Assembly (NCBI GenBank): GCA_951406725.2
Contig: OX597815.1
Location: 139,500,001-139,564,000 of the forward strand
Origin: Octopus vulgaris
Lineage: Eukaryota
Direction of reading: 5' to 3'
DNA length: 64,000 nt
The position numbers and the translations under genes were made by a program. Shown in pieces: positions 36,773-51,158 of this stretch; position 1 is the first letter of the stretch; the number at the start of each line of letters is the position of its first letter. The notes below the pieces were generated by a model, which did not search any database, was not told the origin of the DNA, and was given only the letters and a program-made list of their open reading frames with translations.

Positions 36773-37056
36773 AGGGTACTACATGAGTACACATATCGCT
36801 TATGATAGACCCATTTGAGGTAAGACATTATTATTGTTCACTGATATTTTTTCCTATCTTGTCTGTAATAGATTTGGGACTATTCGGTGGTACAGAAGTA
36901 TATTTTTACTTCTATCATAAGCGATATAGGTACTCATATAGGTACCCTTGTGTATATATGTACATATCTAATATTGTATGTTTGTATTTTATTAATTTGC
37001 CTGTACGGCTAATAATTCGCCTACCACTTGTGATGGTATTTTAATAATACCATCCC

Positions 37057-37102
<46 letters not shown>

Positions 37103-37856
37103 ATTTATGCATGTGTACGTATGTATATTCAGGACCAGTTTAACGCACCACCAGGTCCTTGAATTTAGGGGATTTCACTTTCTTACTATCGTCGTAGGTT
37201 TCCAGTGTGAGAAAAACTTAGCCCTCCTTCTTACTATCTTAGAATCACTAGATGAATGAAGAACCATAGCCACTGCCCATCAGTCCCTGGTTGATTAAAT
37301 GGTAAAATTATACCCACCAACTCATACATCTGTATACGTTGGCCACATAAATGGTCTACGTTAAATCACTGATGTGACAAAAACACTTTTACATACGATA
37401 ATTTATAAGTGGCTTCATATACAAATATATAAATACTTAATGTGTTGCGTGAATTACATTTTATAACATGACAGAGAGTTTCATACTATTCTACATAGAT
37501 ATTGTACATAGATATTAGTACAGAGATATTAGTACATAGATATTGTACATAGATACTATTACATTGTTTAACATTCGGTTAGGAGAAAGGTTAATGTACA
37601 TGATTCCTGTAGGGAGTGCAAGACTAATGGTAGAACTGAGAAAATTATACTCAAACAGGAAATTAACTCGAGTGTTTGAAAAAAGTAGACTCTGCTAAAG
37701 TCACCCAAGTGAACATAGAGTGCAAATAGCTGGAACAAATACATAATAAAATGGCTCCCGACGAATGCTCTGATGATCTCGTTTATTAACCGCAGAAGGA
37801 TAAAGTGCAGTTAACCTCGATTTGATCACAAAACGTGAGATGACGAAATATATATT

Positions 37857-38070
37857 CTTTTCTACTCTAGGCACAAGGCCCGAAATTTTGGAAGATGGGG
37901 CCAGTCGATTAGATCGAACCCAGTATGCAACTGGTGCTTAATTTATCGACCCCGAAAAGATGAAAGGCAAAGTCGACCTCGGCGGAATTTGAACTCAGAC
38001 GGTAAAGACAGACGAAATATCGCTAAGCATTTCGCCCGGCGTGTTAACGTTTCTGCCTGCTCGCCGCCTT
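37857..38070 (-). mobile_element. SINE family C
   Basis: tRNA-like head on the minus strand. 17-bp TSD atgacgaaatatatatt at 37840-37856 and 38071-38087. Confidence 0.88.
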
Positions 38071-38395
38071 ATGACGAAATATATATTGTAACGAATTTCT
38101 CAGTTCTCTGGTATTTATACATTGTTACGATTTCACGTTTCATGCTAAATAGAGCGTGCTTCAGGTGAAAGTATATCTCAGGCAACCATCTCAAGAATGC
38201 TCCGGTTAGTATCAACCACAAGATCATATAGATACTACAAATGTAATATCTATCTATATAATATTTATCTACAGGATTATAATATATATGTGTGTGTGAT
38301 AAGTGCGCGCTTAAGACAAATCGAAACACGTTTAAATTTGACATAATACTAAAGAATACTACCCCACTCTCGTTAAATATATGTGTGTGTATATA

Positions 38396-39277
38396 CGATG
38401 GCAGATCAATTAGTATCCGGATTGTTACCATAGTAACAAAGCTAAAGCACACATTGTAAAGTCGCTCGGCACAGATTGATCTTGAATTCTGCTATGCAGG
38501 CCTACTACGTTTTAACGTTCTAGCACACTTCCGCTGTTTGCAGCAGTGCTTGGAAGGAAGGTGTGTAGCGTGTGATCTTCACATTGACCATGACAGAGAA
38601 AGTTGTCATAGCGATACCTGTTCAGAGGCCTACACAAAGTTGCAGAAAGTGGATGGAGGGGAGTGTATCAGCCGTAAACAATTGTACGAGGGATTCAGAC
38701 GTTTCCAAGATGGCTGAAAAAATGCCGATATGGAAAAACGTTCTGGGAGACCCGCAACCAGCAGAATTTAGAAAAGCATCGTAGATGTGCGCGCAGTTGT
38801 GAGGGGAAATCGTCGAATCATCATACGTGAGTTATCAGACGATGTGCAGGTTAGTTACGATTCAGTTCAGTCCATTATCACTGAAGATTTTGGTACGAGA
38901 CGCGTGTCTGCCAAGTTTGTGTTAAAATTACTTTCAGCTGACCAAAAAGGGACTCGGGTTTCAGTTGCAAAAGATCGTCTTGATTGTGTCGAGAACGATA
39001 AAAACCTTTTGAAAACTTTGCGTAGGCCTTTGAGCCGGTATCGCCAAGCTTTTGTAAAAATTTGATGCAATTTCTCTGCTCAACTTTCTCTGTCATGGTC
39101 AATGTGACGATCACATGCTACACACCTTCCTTCCAAGCTCTGCTGTAAACAACGAAAGTGAGCTAGAGCATTAAAACTTAGTGTGTGTGCACACAGAGTG
39201 TAGCCGAATGGCTACACTCTGTGTGCTTTAGTTTCGTTACTATGGCAACAGTCCGGATACTTATTGATCAGACCACG
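38396..39277. mobile_element. Mariner-derived foldback element
   Basis: TA-flanked, with long inverted arms. Plus strand encodes the mariner N-terminus (RSGRP...IRELS...RRVSAKFV.KLLS); minus strand carries a second 5' end (MTEKVEQRNCIKF). Confidence 0.88.
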
Positions 39278-41097
39278 TATATGCATTTATGGGTGTGTGT
39301 TTGTGCGCGCACGCTTTTGTGCGCGCCCATGTGTGTGTGTGCATATATATATATATATATGTATATATATGTGTGTGTGTGTGTATGAGGAGGGCGAGAA
39401 GGAGAGATAGAGAGAGAGAGCGTGACCTATATTTCTTTCTCTCTGTCGCTTACTCTTTTAGATTTTAATACTAAAGTTACTTTATAGCAGGAATAATTAA
39501 ATGTTCCTATGTAACGTTATTTAATATAATTTGTGTGTGCATTATATAACTTTGCTCACTATTGAAGTATACGGCACGAGGGAATATCCACGGCTACTTT
39601 GAAGATTTGAAAGGGAAACAGGTGACTAATGATCCGTTATTTTATGTAAGTTGATAACTAAATCTATTTAACCACCAGACACATTCTCTAATTACCGGAT
39701 ATATCTATTATAAGCCATATTATGTGTTATAACCATTAGTCATGTATTAAAACTATTCCAAGTCTGGTATCGAATAGTTTAATTTCTATCTTCTAATTTC
39801 TATACATGCTTTGTTGGTAATGTTATTGCTTTGCTCTACGTCAGATATAACATCAAAAATGCTATAACAATTGCCTATCTTTTTCCCAAGACAGTGTATC
39901 TAGAATTTCATGACCTAATATGCCCTTCTTTGTTCTGTTTGGTATTTTGGATATATTTCTCAGCTACTTCTAGCTAGTGGGAGACCACATAGAGGGTCTG
40001 TCATTAATATTGCCAAGCTCTGTTGTTGGTTGTTGCATATGATTTTTATCTGTGCCGTTACTACTAAATCATGTGGAAATATCACACAAATATTTTTATG
40101 TTGAGTACTTTCTGTCATATTTCACACTATTCTTAATTTTGCAGCCCAACTCTTCTTCGAATGATTTACTAACAATGTGCAGCTATAAAAGAAACAGCAA
40201 ACAAACACAAAGAAAACCTGAAAGTTCTATCAACTCACATGTTATCAAATTGTCTTCTATTTGAAGACACAACCAGTAAAGATAGTTATTTAAAAGATGG
40301 GAAAAGCACGGCTAAGAAACATTTTGTTTCTAATAACTTTACAGAAACTATCATGCTATTTGATCATTTCATATGGCACCATCAACAACTCCATCAACAC
40401 CAAATCTATTACCTTTGCTTCTAGCTTTGTTCCTAATCCTGAACAATTCCTCTCCTTCTCCTAACACATTCACGAGAAGATATTTTTCTCTTAACTCCAA
40501 CAAATCTACTGTCTCTGACAGGTTGCTAGCATTTACATTCATTTATCGTGTGTTGCAATCAAACTAGATTCGTATTCAAACTTTTCAAACGTTTCCATAG
40601 GTATTTATCTTACAATGCACAAACCTTCCACAACGTAATACAACGTTAGCAAATTCGTTCTGATCCCTAAATTTCTCTTCTCACGAGACGGTGATGAGAA
40701 AATTATCAGTGCATCTCGACATTATTTCTCCAACTGATGCATTTTCTTCTTTAACGTTGAATCAACAAATAAAATTGTTATGTATATAATACATCACTTA
40801 AACGATAGATATTTGGAAGATACGTATTCAGTTGCTGTTACATAAGTAGGAAGTGTTCTTATGTGCGAGTGCGTACACATGTATGCATGCATGTATGTAC
40901 AAATAGATGGATCTGTGTATGTATGGTTGTGTGTTTATACTTTTCTATGTGTATATAAGCGTTTCTCTCTCTTTCTCTCTCTCTCTCTTTATATATATAT
41001 ATATATACACATATATATTCACACACACAAACACACACACGGGCACATATATACATATACATGCATATATATATATATATATATATATGCATACATT

Positions 41098-41223
<126 letters not shown>

Positions 41224-41626
41224 TGCATGTATATACATGTATATACATGTATTTATATATAAATATTATACATAGAAGGTTAAAGAGAGAGAGTGCGATT
41301 ATTTTCTCATCGTTCAAAGATCCATACATGCCCGCACACACATACACGTACTCGCACGCACACGCACACACGCACACTAAAAATGTGATTAGCATTTTAA
41401 AATCAAATGGAAAGCGTATTTTAGCAGCAGATGATTTAGCGAAAAGCTTTGTTGTGCAAGGTATAATTATGTTATTAATAGCTAACACATTGGAATTGTT
41501 TAGGGAGTAACACTCCACACTAACCTTCCATAATTCCTTTTAACCTTTCCAAATACATTTTTCTCCTAAAATAAACCTTTCCGAACAGTGACTTAGATTC
41601 AAAGATCCTACAGTTTGAGTTGTGAA

Positions 41627-41940
41627 GGCCTGTGGTTTAGTGGTTATGGTACTTGGTTCGCAATCGCATGGTCGTGAGGTCGACTCCAAGTGACGCGTTG
41701 TGACATTGAGCATAGCATTTTATTCAACGTTGCTCCAGCCCACTGAGCTGGCAAATATGAGTTATACCTGTAATTCAAAGGTCCAGCCTCGTCACATTCT
41801 GTTATGATTAATCTCCCCGAGAAGTCCGTTAAGGGTACGCGTGTCTATGGAGAGCTCAGCCACTTAAACCTTAACTTCACGAGCTGGCTGTTCCGTTGAT
41901 TGTATCAGCTGGAACACTCGTTGTAATTGACGGAGTGCGA
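41627..41940 (+). mobile_element. tRNA-derived SINE, other family
   Basis: gtggtttagtggttatggt A box and gaggtcgactcc B-box-like segment, followed by a CORE-like ttgagcatagca region. Confidence 0.6.
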
Positions 41941-42167
41941 GAAGTTATGTTATAACAATTCTGCAGCTTAACTCCTATTGTGAGATCATCAGTGAGTGCT
42001 ATGCAAAATGATCTAAAAGGGAACTACTAGGAATTTCCAGACCGCCAGAATTTGCATCGTGTCTTCAACACACATGTAGCGGTTCAGTTTATGGTCCCCT
42101 TGATTATCCTAGATAAGCAGTTTAGTCGCAGAAAAGAATGAAATAGGTATCTGTGGAGAGTTTGGAC

Positions 42168-42384
42168 CAGTGGTTTTCAACCAGAGTTCCGCGGAACCTT
42201 AGGGTTCCGCCAGTATAGTCCAGGGGTTCCGCAAGAAGTTACAAAACTGCTAAAATCGGCAGTAATTTTTAATTCCCCTGTGCATATGTGTGCATAAGAC
42301 TATTAAATTATTGCACAGGGGTTCCTCGAGCCAGTGGAATGTTTCCTTGGGGTTCCGCTCCAGCAAAAAGGTTGAAAAGCACTG
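42168..42384. mobile_element. hAT-type MITE
   Basis: TIRs cagtggttttcaacc / ggttgaaaagcactg, perfect 8-bp TSD gtttggac (42160-42167, 42385-42392), internal gggttcc(g) subterminal repeats. Confidence 0.92.
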
Positions 42385-42446
42385 GTTTGGACGTTAGACT
42401 ATGTCTTAGAAAATTTTGTTTGAGAAGAAAAAATATTTGGCATGTT

Positions 42447-42512
<66 letters not shown>

Positions 42513-43317
42513 GTATGTGTGTGTATAGGCACATATACATGCATAAATATATTTTATGCTTATGTTTATTATACACACATACATACATAATACATACATA
42601 CATAATACATACATACATAATACATACAAACAAACAAACACACATACATAGGTTGAAAAGGGGATTAAGAATTCATATAAATTAAAAGTTACAGATAAAA
42701 AGTAAAAGTGGAAACAGCATGGACGGTATTATTAAAGATTCGTTTTACTTCTTTTCCTTTATTTTTTATTTGTTACATTATGTGACAGTTTCAGTATGTA
42801 CGACCATTTTATCAAATATCAAAAATTCAAAGTCAAGAATTAGAAAATAAGAAAAAAAATTTTAAAATGAGAAAAAAAAAATTTGGAAATTAAAATAGTT
42901 TGTTCTCATAATCTGTGCGTATTTAAGAACTTTTTTGACTACCTCTCGCTCTCAGTCCATTATTACTTATTCATGATTACAAGATATTTTTGCAATCCTT
43001 TAAATATTATTCGCCATATATTATATATATATATATAACAAAGTGGAGTTGTAGGGTACCGCACGAGTGGAATTATATACGAAAGAAGGTTTGAAAATGC
43101 AATTTTAAAAGATGTTTATTTACTTTACCGGTTTCCCTCTGTGGAAAAAGATTGTCAAAAGTAACATGTAGAAGTTTGGTTGCGTTAATTATTGGTTGTT
43201 ACAAATTGCTACATTACATATATACAGTCTTTGGTAACAGGGACAATCTTTTTCCAAAGAGTGAAACCGGTAAAGTAAATAAACATCTTTTAAAATTGCA
43301 TTTCCAAACCTTCTTTC

Positions 43318-43369
<52 letters not shown>

Positions 43370-43374
<5 letters not shown>

Positions 43375-43818
43375 GAATTTACAAAAAAACAAAAAAAGGA
43401 GACGGGTGTGTAAACAACAAACAGATGTATTAGTTTACGTTTCGAACGCTCGGGAAAGGAACACAGAAATAAACAGGGAGAGAAAATAGAAAAAGATTTA
43501 GTGGTTAGCGATCTATCATGGTGAATGCCGGACAGAGGGGTCACACGGGAGAGCTAGGAAGAAGGGGAGACAATAAAGTAGTGGTGATCCCAAAATGAAG
43601 GTGCACGTGCGTGTGTATGTGTGAGCGTCTATGTGCGTGTGGAAGGAAGTTGGTGACATTGACGTGTGAGAGATAGAGAGGAGAGAGGAGGAGAGCTAGA
43701 TGAAGAGGGGATGAGAGTTGAGCTCATGTGGCGCAAAGGGGCGAAGAGAGAAGATTAATCCCTGCTCACGGTGAAGAACGGGAGTCTGGATGGCCCCTGT
43801 GCAAGGACAATCCGAACA
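43370..43818 (-). mobile_element. Penelope-like element 3' fragment
   Basis: Minus strand FGLSLHRGHPDSR...EQGLIFSLRPFAPHELN. Same family as 51480-52780. Confidence 0.8.
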
Positions 43819-43828
43819 CATATATACA

Positions 43829-43914
<86 letters not shown>

Positions 43915-44074
43915 AACATATATATGTGTATGCATACATATAAATGCTCTATTTTATTTTTCTTTGAAAAAGAGACGTATGCATATGTGTATGTATGTTT
44001 GAGTGGGTGTATGTGTACGCGTGGGTTGTGCATGTGTGTATGTTCTAATGTTCTTAAAACAATTCACTAAAGTA

Positions 44075-44900
44075 GAGCCGATTTTCGATCAAAGAACAAG
44101 GCTCTTGTCTGGAATTTAGACAACGACTAAGTATGCATGTTTGTATGCCTCTTCTGTATTTAAATTCTTCCTCTGAAGAAGGAGATGGTTTCTAACAGAG
44201 TAGAAACCAGCTCCTTCTTCAGAGAATGTAGATAACGAAAAAAATGTCACGTTTTAACCTTGAGAAAAGTCTTGCATAGTTTTACAGATTGTATTTGTAA
44301 TGTGTGAATCAGTTGGTTGATTTCTGAAAATTCAAGCTTATCCAGACTGACAGTTAGGCATTTGCTTACAAAACCTAGGGCTCCAGTTATATTGGTATGA
44401 ATGTAAATTTGTAATCTGGATATAGAAGCCGGAGGTTTCCCAGCAGTTGTCCATAGTTACCTTCTTTCCCTTTGATTTTCAAAGAGATATTCACATCAGC
44501 AGGACAGCTGACCTTTGTGACGGTACATATCTCTCCTTGACTGTCAAACAATATCCGGCCTGTTATGTTTACACTTGATCGATGTTTTGATGGGAATGTT
44601 CAAGCAGTATTTCTTGTACTGGTATTTGTGTATTTATTCAATAACAGGGAGATTCTCTACACTTATTCCAGGACAGTCATTTTTTCGAATATAGTATTGT
44701 ATATTGTTTTTGTGACAATGTCATGTTGCATAGGGAGGTAATACATTCATGGCATTTTGGGGGCAGCTGCTAATCACATGTGGGATGTCTTCCACAGAAA
44801 TATGACAATCTGCATTTGCGGTTGCATCTCGGAACTCCAAGAACTTCACTGTCCCTTTTGTTCATTAGATATTTAGAAGCAATCTCCTGTTCTTGGATTC
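44075..44900 (-). mobile_element. Non-LTR retrotransposon 3' fragment with CCHC knuckle and restriction-like endonuclease (R4/CRE-like)
   Basis: IQEQEIASKYL...KCRLCHISVEDIPHVISSCP...HDIV...KHNRPDIV...SCPAD.N...K...YGQL...FIPI. Frameshifted. Confidence 0.85.
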
Positions 44901-46080
44901 TATGTATGTACGTATGTATATGTGTGTGTATGTATGACTGCACGTTTGATTGTATGTATGTTATGTAAGTATATATGTATGTTGTGTATATTATGTATAT
45001 TTGTATGCATGTATATATGTATATATGCACGCATGTATATATGTCTGCCTGTATGTATGTAAGTATGTATGTGTAAGTGTGTGTATGTATGCATGTATAT
45101 ATGTAACTACATGTGTGTGTCTGTATGTATGAATGCGTGCATATATGCTTGAATTCAAGCATACATACATGACTTGCGCGTTTGCAAGAGTATGTTTGCA
45201 TGTCAACACTTGTTCAAATGTAATTATTATGTGCTAAACGTCTAGAATGTTTTACATATTTCTACAATATCTTTAATCTCTTGTAATGTCGTAACTAGCC
45301 GCGTCCGTTCTGGTTTAACAGAAAACCAGCTTCTCAAGATTGAGTTTTAGTTAGTTATATCATTAAACACCCAATAATCAAACGTTTTAATCTAAATTTA
45401 TATCTACTGCAAGAAGATCATTTGTGAGTTTTTTATTTGTTCAGCATAGATATTTTTTTCTACTTCTGTGCAGTTTTGCATTCAATTTCTTTCCTCCATC
45501 CCAAATCAATATGCTTCACTTGTTCTCAGAATTTACTTATGTTTGACAGGAACATTCCACCAGTATTGTTTCATATTTTTGGCGTGTACCTACACAACAC
45601 TGCAACTTCTTTTATTTTGATCTTCAGAAATATCCTCTCTGCTGATTATATTATATAATAGTTTGGCCGTAGCATCATTCCTCATGAATAGATATATCGA
45701 GAATAGCATTTCTAGATAACTGTTTATACTGTATTTATTAACATTGTAATGGTGTTATGTATGTTCTCTTTCTCTTTGTAACTTACAATAAATTTTGGCC
45801 GGCTACGTGCTTGGTAGCGAGATTATGAAGGAATGTATTTGTTTACTATCTTGTATTTGCCTTCCATCTTTTAAATCTTAAGATATTGCAGATTTTTATA
45901 GTCCTAGATACCGTGATCATTTTTAGTGTACGAATTAAGTAGTTGCGTTCTCTTCCCAAGAACCCAAGGTCAAGCATTCTTTACTCTAGACGGGTTGACA
46001 AGTATACTGTTGCTTCAATAATAATAGGTTTGTATGCATGTATAAATATACATACATACATACATACATACATACATACA

Positions 46081-46130
<50 letters not shown>

Positions 46131-46403
46131 CTAACAAAAAGGGTTCAGCAAAGATTTGCTTCACCACACACCGAAGTTTAGAAATAGCAGCCAAAAATCT
46201 TAGCTATTTCTTCTACTTTAAAAGGGGGTCTCCCAGAGAAACCGAAATACTTGAAGACAATTCACACAAGCAGAGATTAAAGCAGCGAAAATCAATCAAT
46301 ATCTGGTTATCCATGGACGCGCGTTTCTGAATTAGGTTTTGCATAAAGAATATAAAATTATACTTTACTAACCCATACTAATTATACTTTACTAAATAAT
46401 AGA

Positions 46404-46438
<35 letters not shown>

Positions 46439-46492
46439 TGTATGTATGTATGTATGTATGTATGTATATATGTTTCATATGTGTATGAGTAA

Positions 46493-46590
<98 letters not shown>

Positions 46591-47383
46591 CTACGAGTAT
46601 TGAAACCTCACACGCATATCAGCTTCACGAAGTCTACAAAAAATTCTTCCATGTTCGGTGGATAGTGTCGATTCTGTTACTTATAGTACTGTAATTTGCT
46701 GTTTATTTTGATAAATGTAATAAATATGAATTTTACACATGCATATAGTGATATTCTTCTGAAAAGGTTCGTTACAAGCTAATGACCATATCTTCAACCA
46801 CGTAACTTTATAGATGTAAATAGTTATTTTTTGCATCAACTAGTTGTGTAGAAATACATTAAGTTGATAGAGAAAGTCACACAAATGTATAGAAATTAGA
46901 TAGTTGTAATTGATCGAAAATAAATCTGAAAGAAAAACGTGTATACTTCGAACACTGAAACATTTAAAATTAGACAATCAAATAAATAAACGTGGTTAAA
47001 TGAATCTGTTGTCTCAACTAGAACTACTATAAATACTAATAAGGTAATAACAGTCAGTTGTCTGTAATACATGAGAACTACTAAAATTTCTCTCGGCTAT
47101 ACATACCTAATTATAATATTCTTTGATGTAACCAGTAATTCTAATAAAAATTCGTCTACCAAATATATAAAACGATTCAATATTTGAATGTGCATGTGTG
47201 TTTGATTAAATACACGACTTAAAAACATGTTACACCTTTTGATGTTGATTCGCTCACAATTTCTAAAGGCTCGTTTGGTTAAAGGTGAAAAAGTTGGAGA
47301 ATGTATCAAGGCCTGTCTGTTTTGTGTATGCATATAGCATAGTCATGTTTATATATCCTCAACTGTATAAGTATACATGCATG

Positions 47384-47475
<92 letters not shown>

Positions 47476-47830
47476 CACACATATATATATACGCACACAG
47501 ACACCAATTTATATGGACATATGTGTAGTTATAAATGTGTTATCTACATGGATATGGACGTAGTTCTATGCTGATGTAATGATCAAATACTGCAAGAAAT
47601 AAAAAAGAATAATTAATTCGTGCTGGAACTTTTTATCCTAAAAAACTTTTTGAAATTTCGCATAAATTATTTAAAAGTCTGAGTTTTCCACCGTTAACAG
47701 AAAATATTGCGTTATGTTGAGTTTCTCGTCGTCAAATGTGGTTACTGTGTTTATACTTTACTTTCCTTGTCTCTACACCTTTCCGTGTGTACTTGTGTAT
47801 ATAAATATATGTATGTATAAATGCATGGAA

Positions 47831-47861
<31 letters not shown>

Positions 47862-47891
47862 TGTATGTATGTATGTATGTATGAAAGTATG

Positions 47892-47930
<39 letters not shown>

Positions 47931-48159
47931 ATATATATATATATGTATGTATATATATATAGATAGATAGATACATACATACATACATACATACATACAT
48001 ACATACATACATACATACATACATACACACATACATACATACATACATACATACATACATACATACATGTGTGTTTGTGTGTATACATACATAAATACAT
48101 ATATCCATCAACACACACACATACACATACACAGGCACGCGTATATACGGTTAAGTGGT

Positions 48160-48197
<38 letters not shown>

Positions 48198-48442
48198 CCT
48201 GGCTTGTTGGCTTGATAGATGGACGCTTGTGATCAAGCAAGTTTCATATGTCAAAGAAATGCTCACTCTATATAACGAATATATTATCACTTTATGCAAT
48301 TTTGCAATGAAAATAAGCTGCCAATCCATATCATTAATAGCTTCAAGACATTCAGAGTTATTTGAAGTGGTTCATCTCATTATCATCAGACTGCTTACGT
48401 CGTATACCATATATATATATATGTGTGTACACACCCACATAT

Positions 48443-48563
<121 letters not shown>

Positions 48564-48848
48564 TGTGTTTTCCGTTTTCCATTTAAATTTTGTTTACTGT
48601 CTGCGTTTTCTATATGCTGCCTTCTCAATTTTTTCGTGTTTTTTCTATTATTCAATTTCTTTTGTTCGCTATATGTGGTTTGCGCCTGAAGAATATGTTT
48701 GAGTTGAATATGTTTTCTCAACATATCAAACTATTAGCACCGTTTTAATACATGTATTGTGACCTTTAGATAATAATATTTATCTCTCACCAGATGGAGT
48801 AGTTTTTTTGTTGAATTTAATGACAGATCAGTACATTATATATATGTA

Positions 48849-49248
48849 CTAGCAGTATCGCCCGGCGTTGCTCGGGTTTGTAAGGGAAATAACTATATAA
48901 GCATTTTTAGAGAGTTATAGCAAACAAATAGCAAAAAAATGCATTAAAAATGGAATAAAAAACGATGGTAATTTTTTTTAAATCGTTGACTCATCGTAGA
49001 TATTTTTAGAGAGTTACTTCCCTTATATAATAGCGAAAAAATGCATTAAAATGGAAAAAATGATGTTAAATTATTTTTAAAATCGTAGACTCATCGTAGA
49101 CGTGCGCTAATACTCAGACGGGCTCGATATGAATCACGACTATAAGATACCCGAATTTGGTTAAACTGCACCGCAAAATGTGGGAGTAGTTAGGAATCTA
49201 AATCGAAGGGGACAGACACTCACACAACTACAGTTTTATATATATAGA
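48849..49248 (-). mobile_element. Non-autonomous Helitron
   Basis: Minus strand starts tctatatatataaaa and ends cccgagcaacgccgggcgatactgCTAG followed by T. Contains an internal ~100-bp duplication. Confidence 0.85.
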
Positions 49249-49261
49249 TATATATATATAT

Positions 49262-49328
<67 letters not shown>

Positions 49329-49809
49329 CATCTGTATATATGTATGTATCCCTACAGCAGTATACAGTAAGGTCCTTGATGGTAGAATCCGAGAAGTATA
49401 AACTTCCAGTGATTTTCCGGGTGGAGTGGTGCTAAAGTAGTAGAGGTGAGATGGCAAAACTCAGAGAAGCAAGTAGAAATGAAATAAGAGTCCGGATGAG
49501 AAGGAATTTTAGTCAAGCAGGATCAAATTAGGGTGATCACGTGATCTTAATATTATACAAAAAGAAAAAAATTAAGAACAGACGGAAACAAAGTGTATTA
49601 GTTTGCTGCTATTAAAAAAAACATTCCTAGATTAACGGTTGTACATGTTAAATGTTCCTCTCCATTTTTTTTCCTCTCTCTCCTTCCGTTTCCTGAAGAA
49701 CATAGGGTCAAAAGGTTAATTTTATTTCATTTTTCTTGGCTCTTTTCTCTCCTGTCGCTGTCTTTTACTTTTTGTCTTTGTATAAGTTTGGACTACGTCT
49801 CTGTATGTT

Positions 49810-49892
<83 letters not shown>

Positions 49893-50355
49893 ACGCATTT
49901 CTCTACTGGTATCTCAAAGTCTAGAAGTTATCAAAACCAATGAATTCGCTGAGGCTCTTTGGCAGCTATTTGTACATATGTAAATATATACGCATATATG
50001 CATGTGTTTGTGTGTGTGTATATATTTGCCTGTGCCTCTGTAGATATATGCATGTGTTTATGTGTGCAACGTGTATCTATCAGCTGACCGAACATTTTTA
50101 GCGTGAGACATGCAATATGCATGGGGCATTGGACTAAGATCGAAATGTGATATTTTATTTATCATCATCGGTTCGAGTTTGCTCGTTTGCGTGACTCTGA
50201 CCCGTCGTCTGTTTTTATCTTCCATGTCATGTGATTGTTCCCCTTGGTTGACATCCAGTGTATTTTGTTAACTGATCGACTTGTGATGTCACAGGAGATC
50301 ATTGCGATTGCGATCGTACCGAGTTATCAAGTGTAGAATGTCCTTGACTAATACC

Positions 50356-50573
50356 TATTTCTTTACTACCCACAAGGGCCTAAACACAGAGAGGACAAAC
50401 GGATTAAGTCGATTATATCGACCCCAGTGCGTAACATGTACTTATTTAATCGACCCCGAAAGGACGAAAGGCAAAGTCGACCTTGGCGGAATTTGAACTC
50501 ACAACGTAACGACAGACGAAAAACGGCTACGCATTTCGCCCGGCGTGCTAACGTTTCTGCCAGCTCGCTGCCT
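50356..50573 (-). mobile_element. SINE family C
   Basis: Homologous to 37857-38070. Imperfect TSD tgactaatacc/tgattaatacc. Confidence 0.85.
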
Positions 50574-50904
50574 TGATTAATACCACCTTACTTCTCCAGG
50601 AGTATCTAGCAAAACGAATTCTTCAATCTGTAATGGGATCTTATAGATTTCGTAGTTTTATTGTTCAAGCTTTCTGACGAAAGATGTGCACAAGTAGGTG
50701 TTATCCAGCATACTTTCAAGACTTCTGGTTAGAATCCGGGAAAAGTTATAAAAACCAAACGATATAGCCATTGCAAGGAAGAATTTCTTTTGCATACTAT
50801 TTGAGAACTTTGATTTCCTTGAAATGCTGAGAATTTAAAATGTTGCCAAAGGTTCGCTGATACGTACTTAGCATCTGCCTCTGTAGAATTTATGCGGCTG
50901 ATCT

Positions 50905-51100
50905 ATCTCCCCCAACTTACCCTTCCTTCAAACGAACCCACAACCTACGTGACATCCTGGTCCATAGTTTCTTCCCTAACCCCACCCCCAACCTGGCTCA
51001 TTCCCCTGATCCCACCGACGCTGCCGCACTTGCCCTACCTATCCAACCACCATCCTCACAGGCACCCATCATCGTCCCTATCATATATACTGATATATAT

Positions 51101-51158
<58 letters not shown>

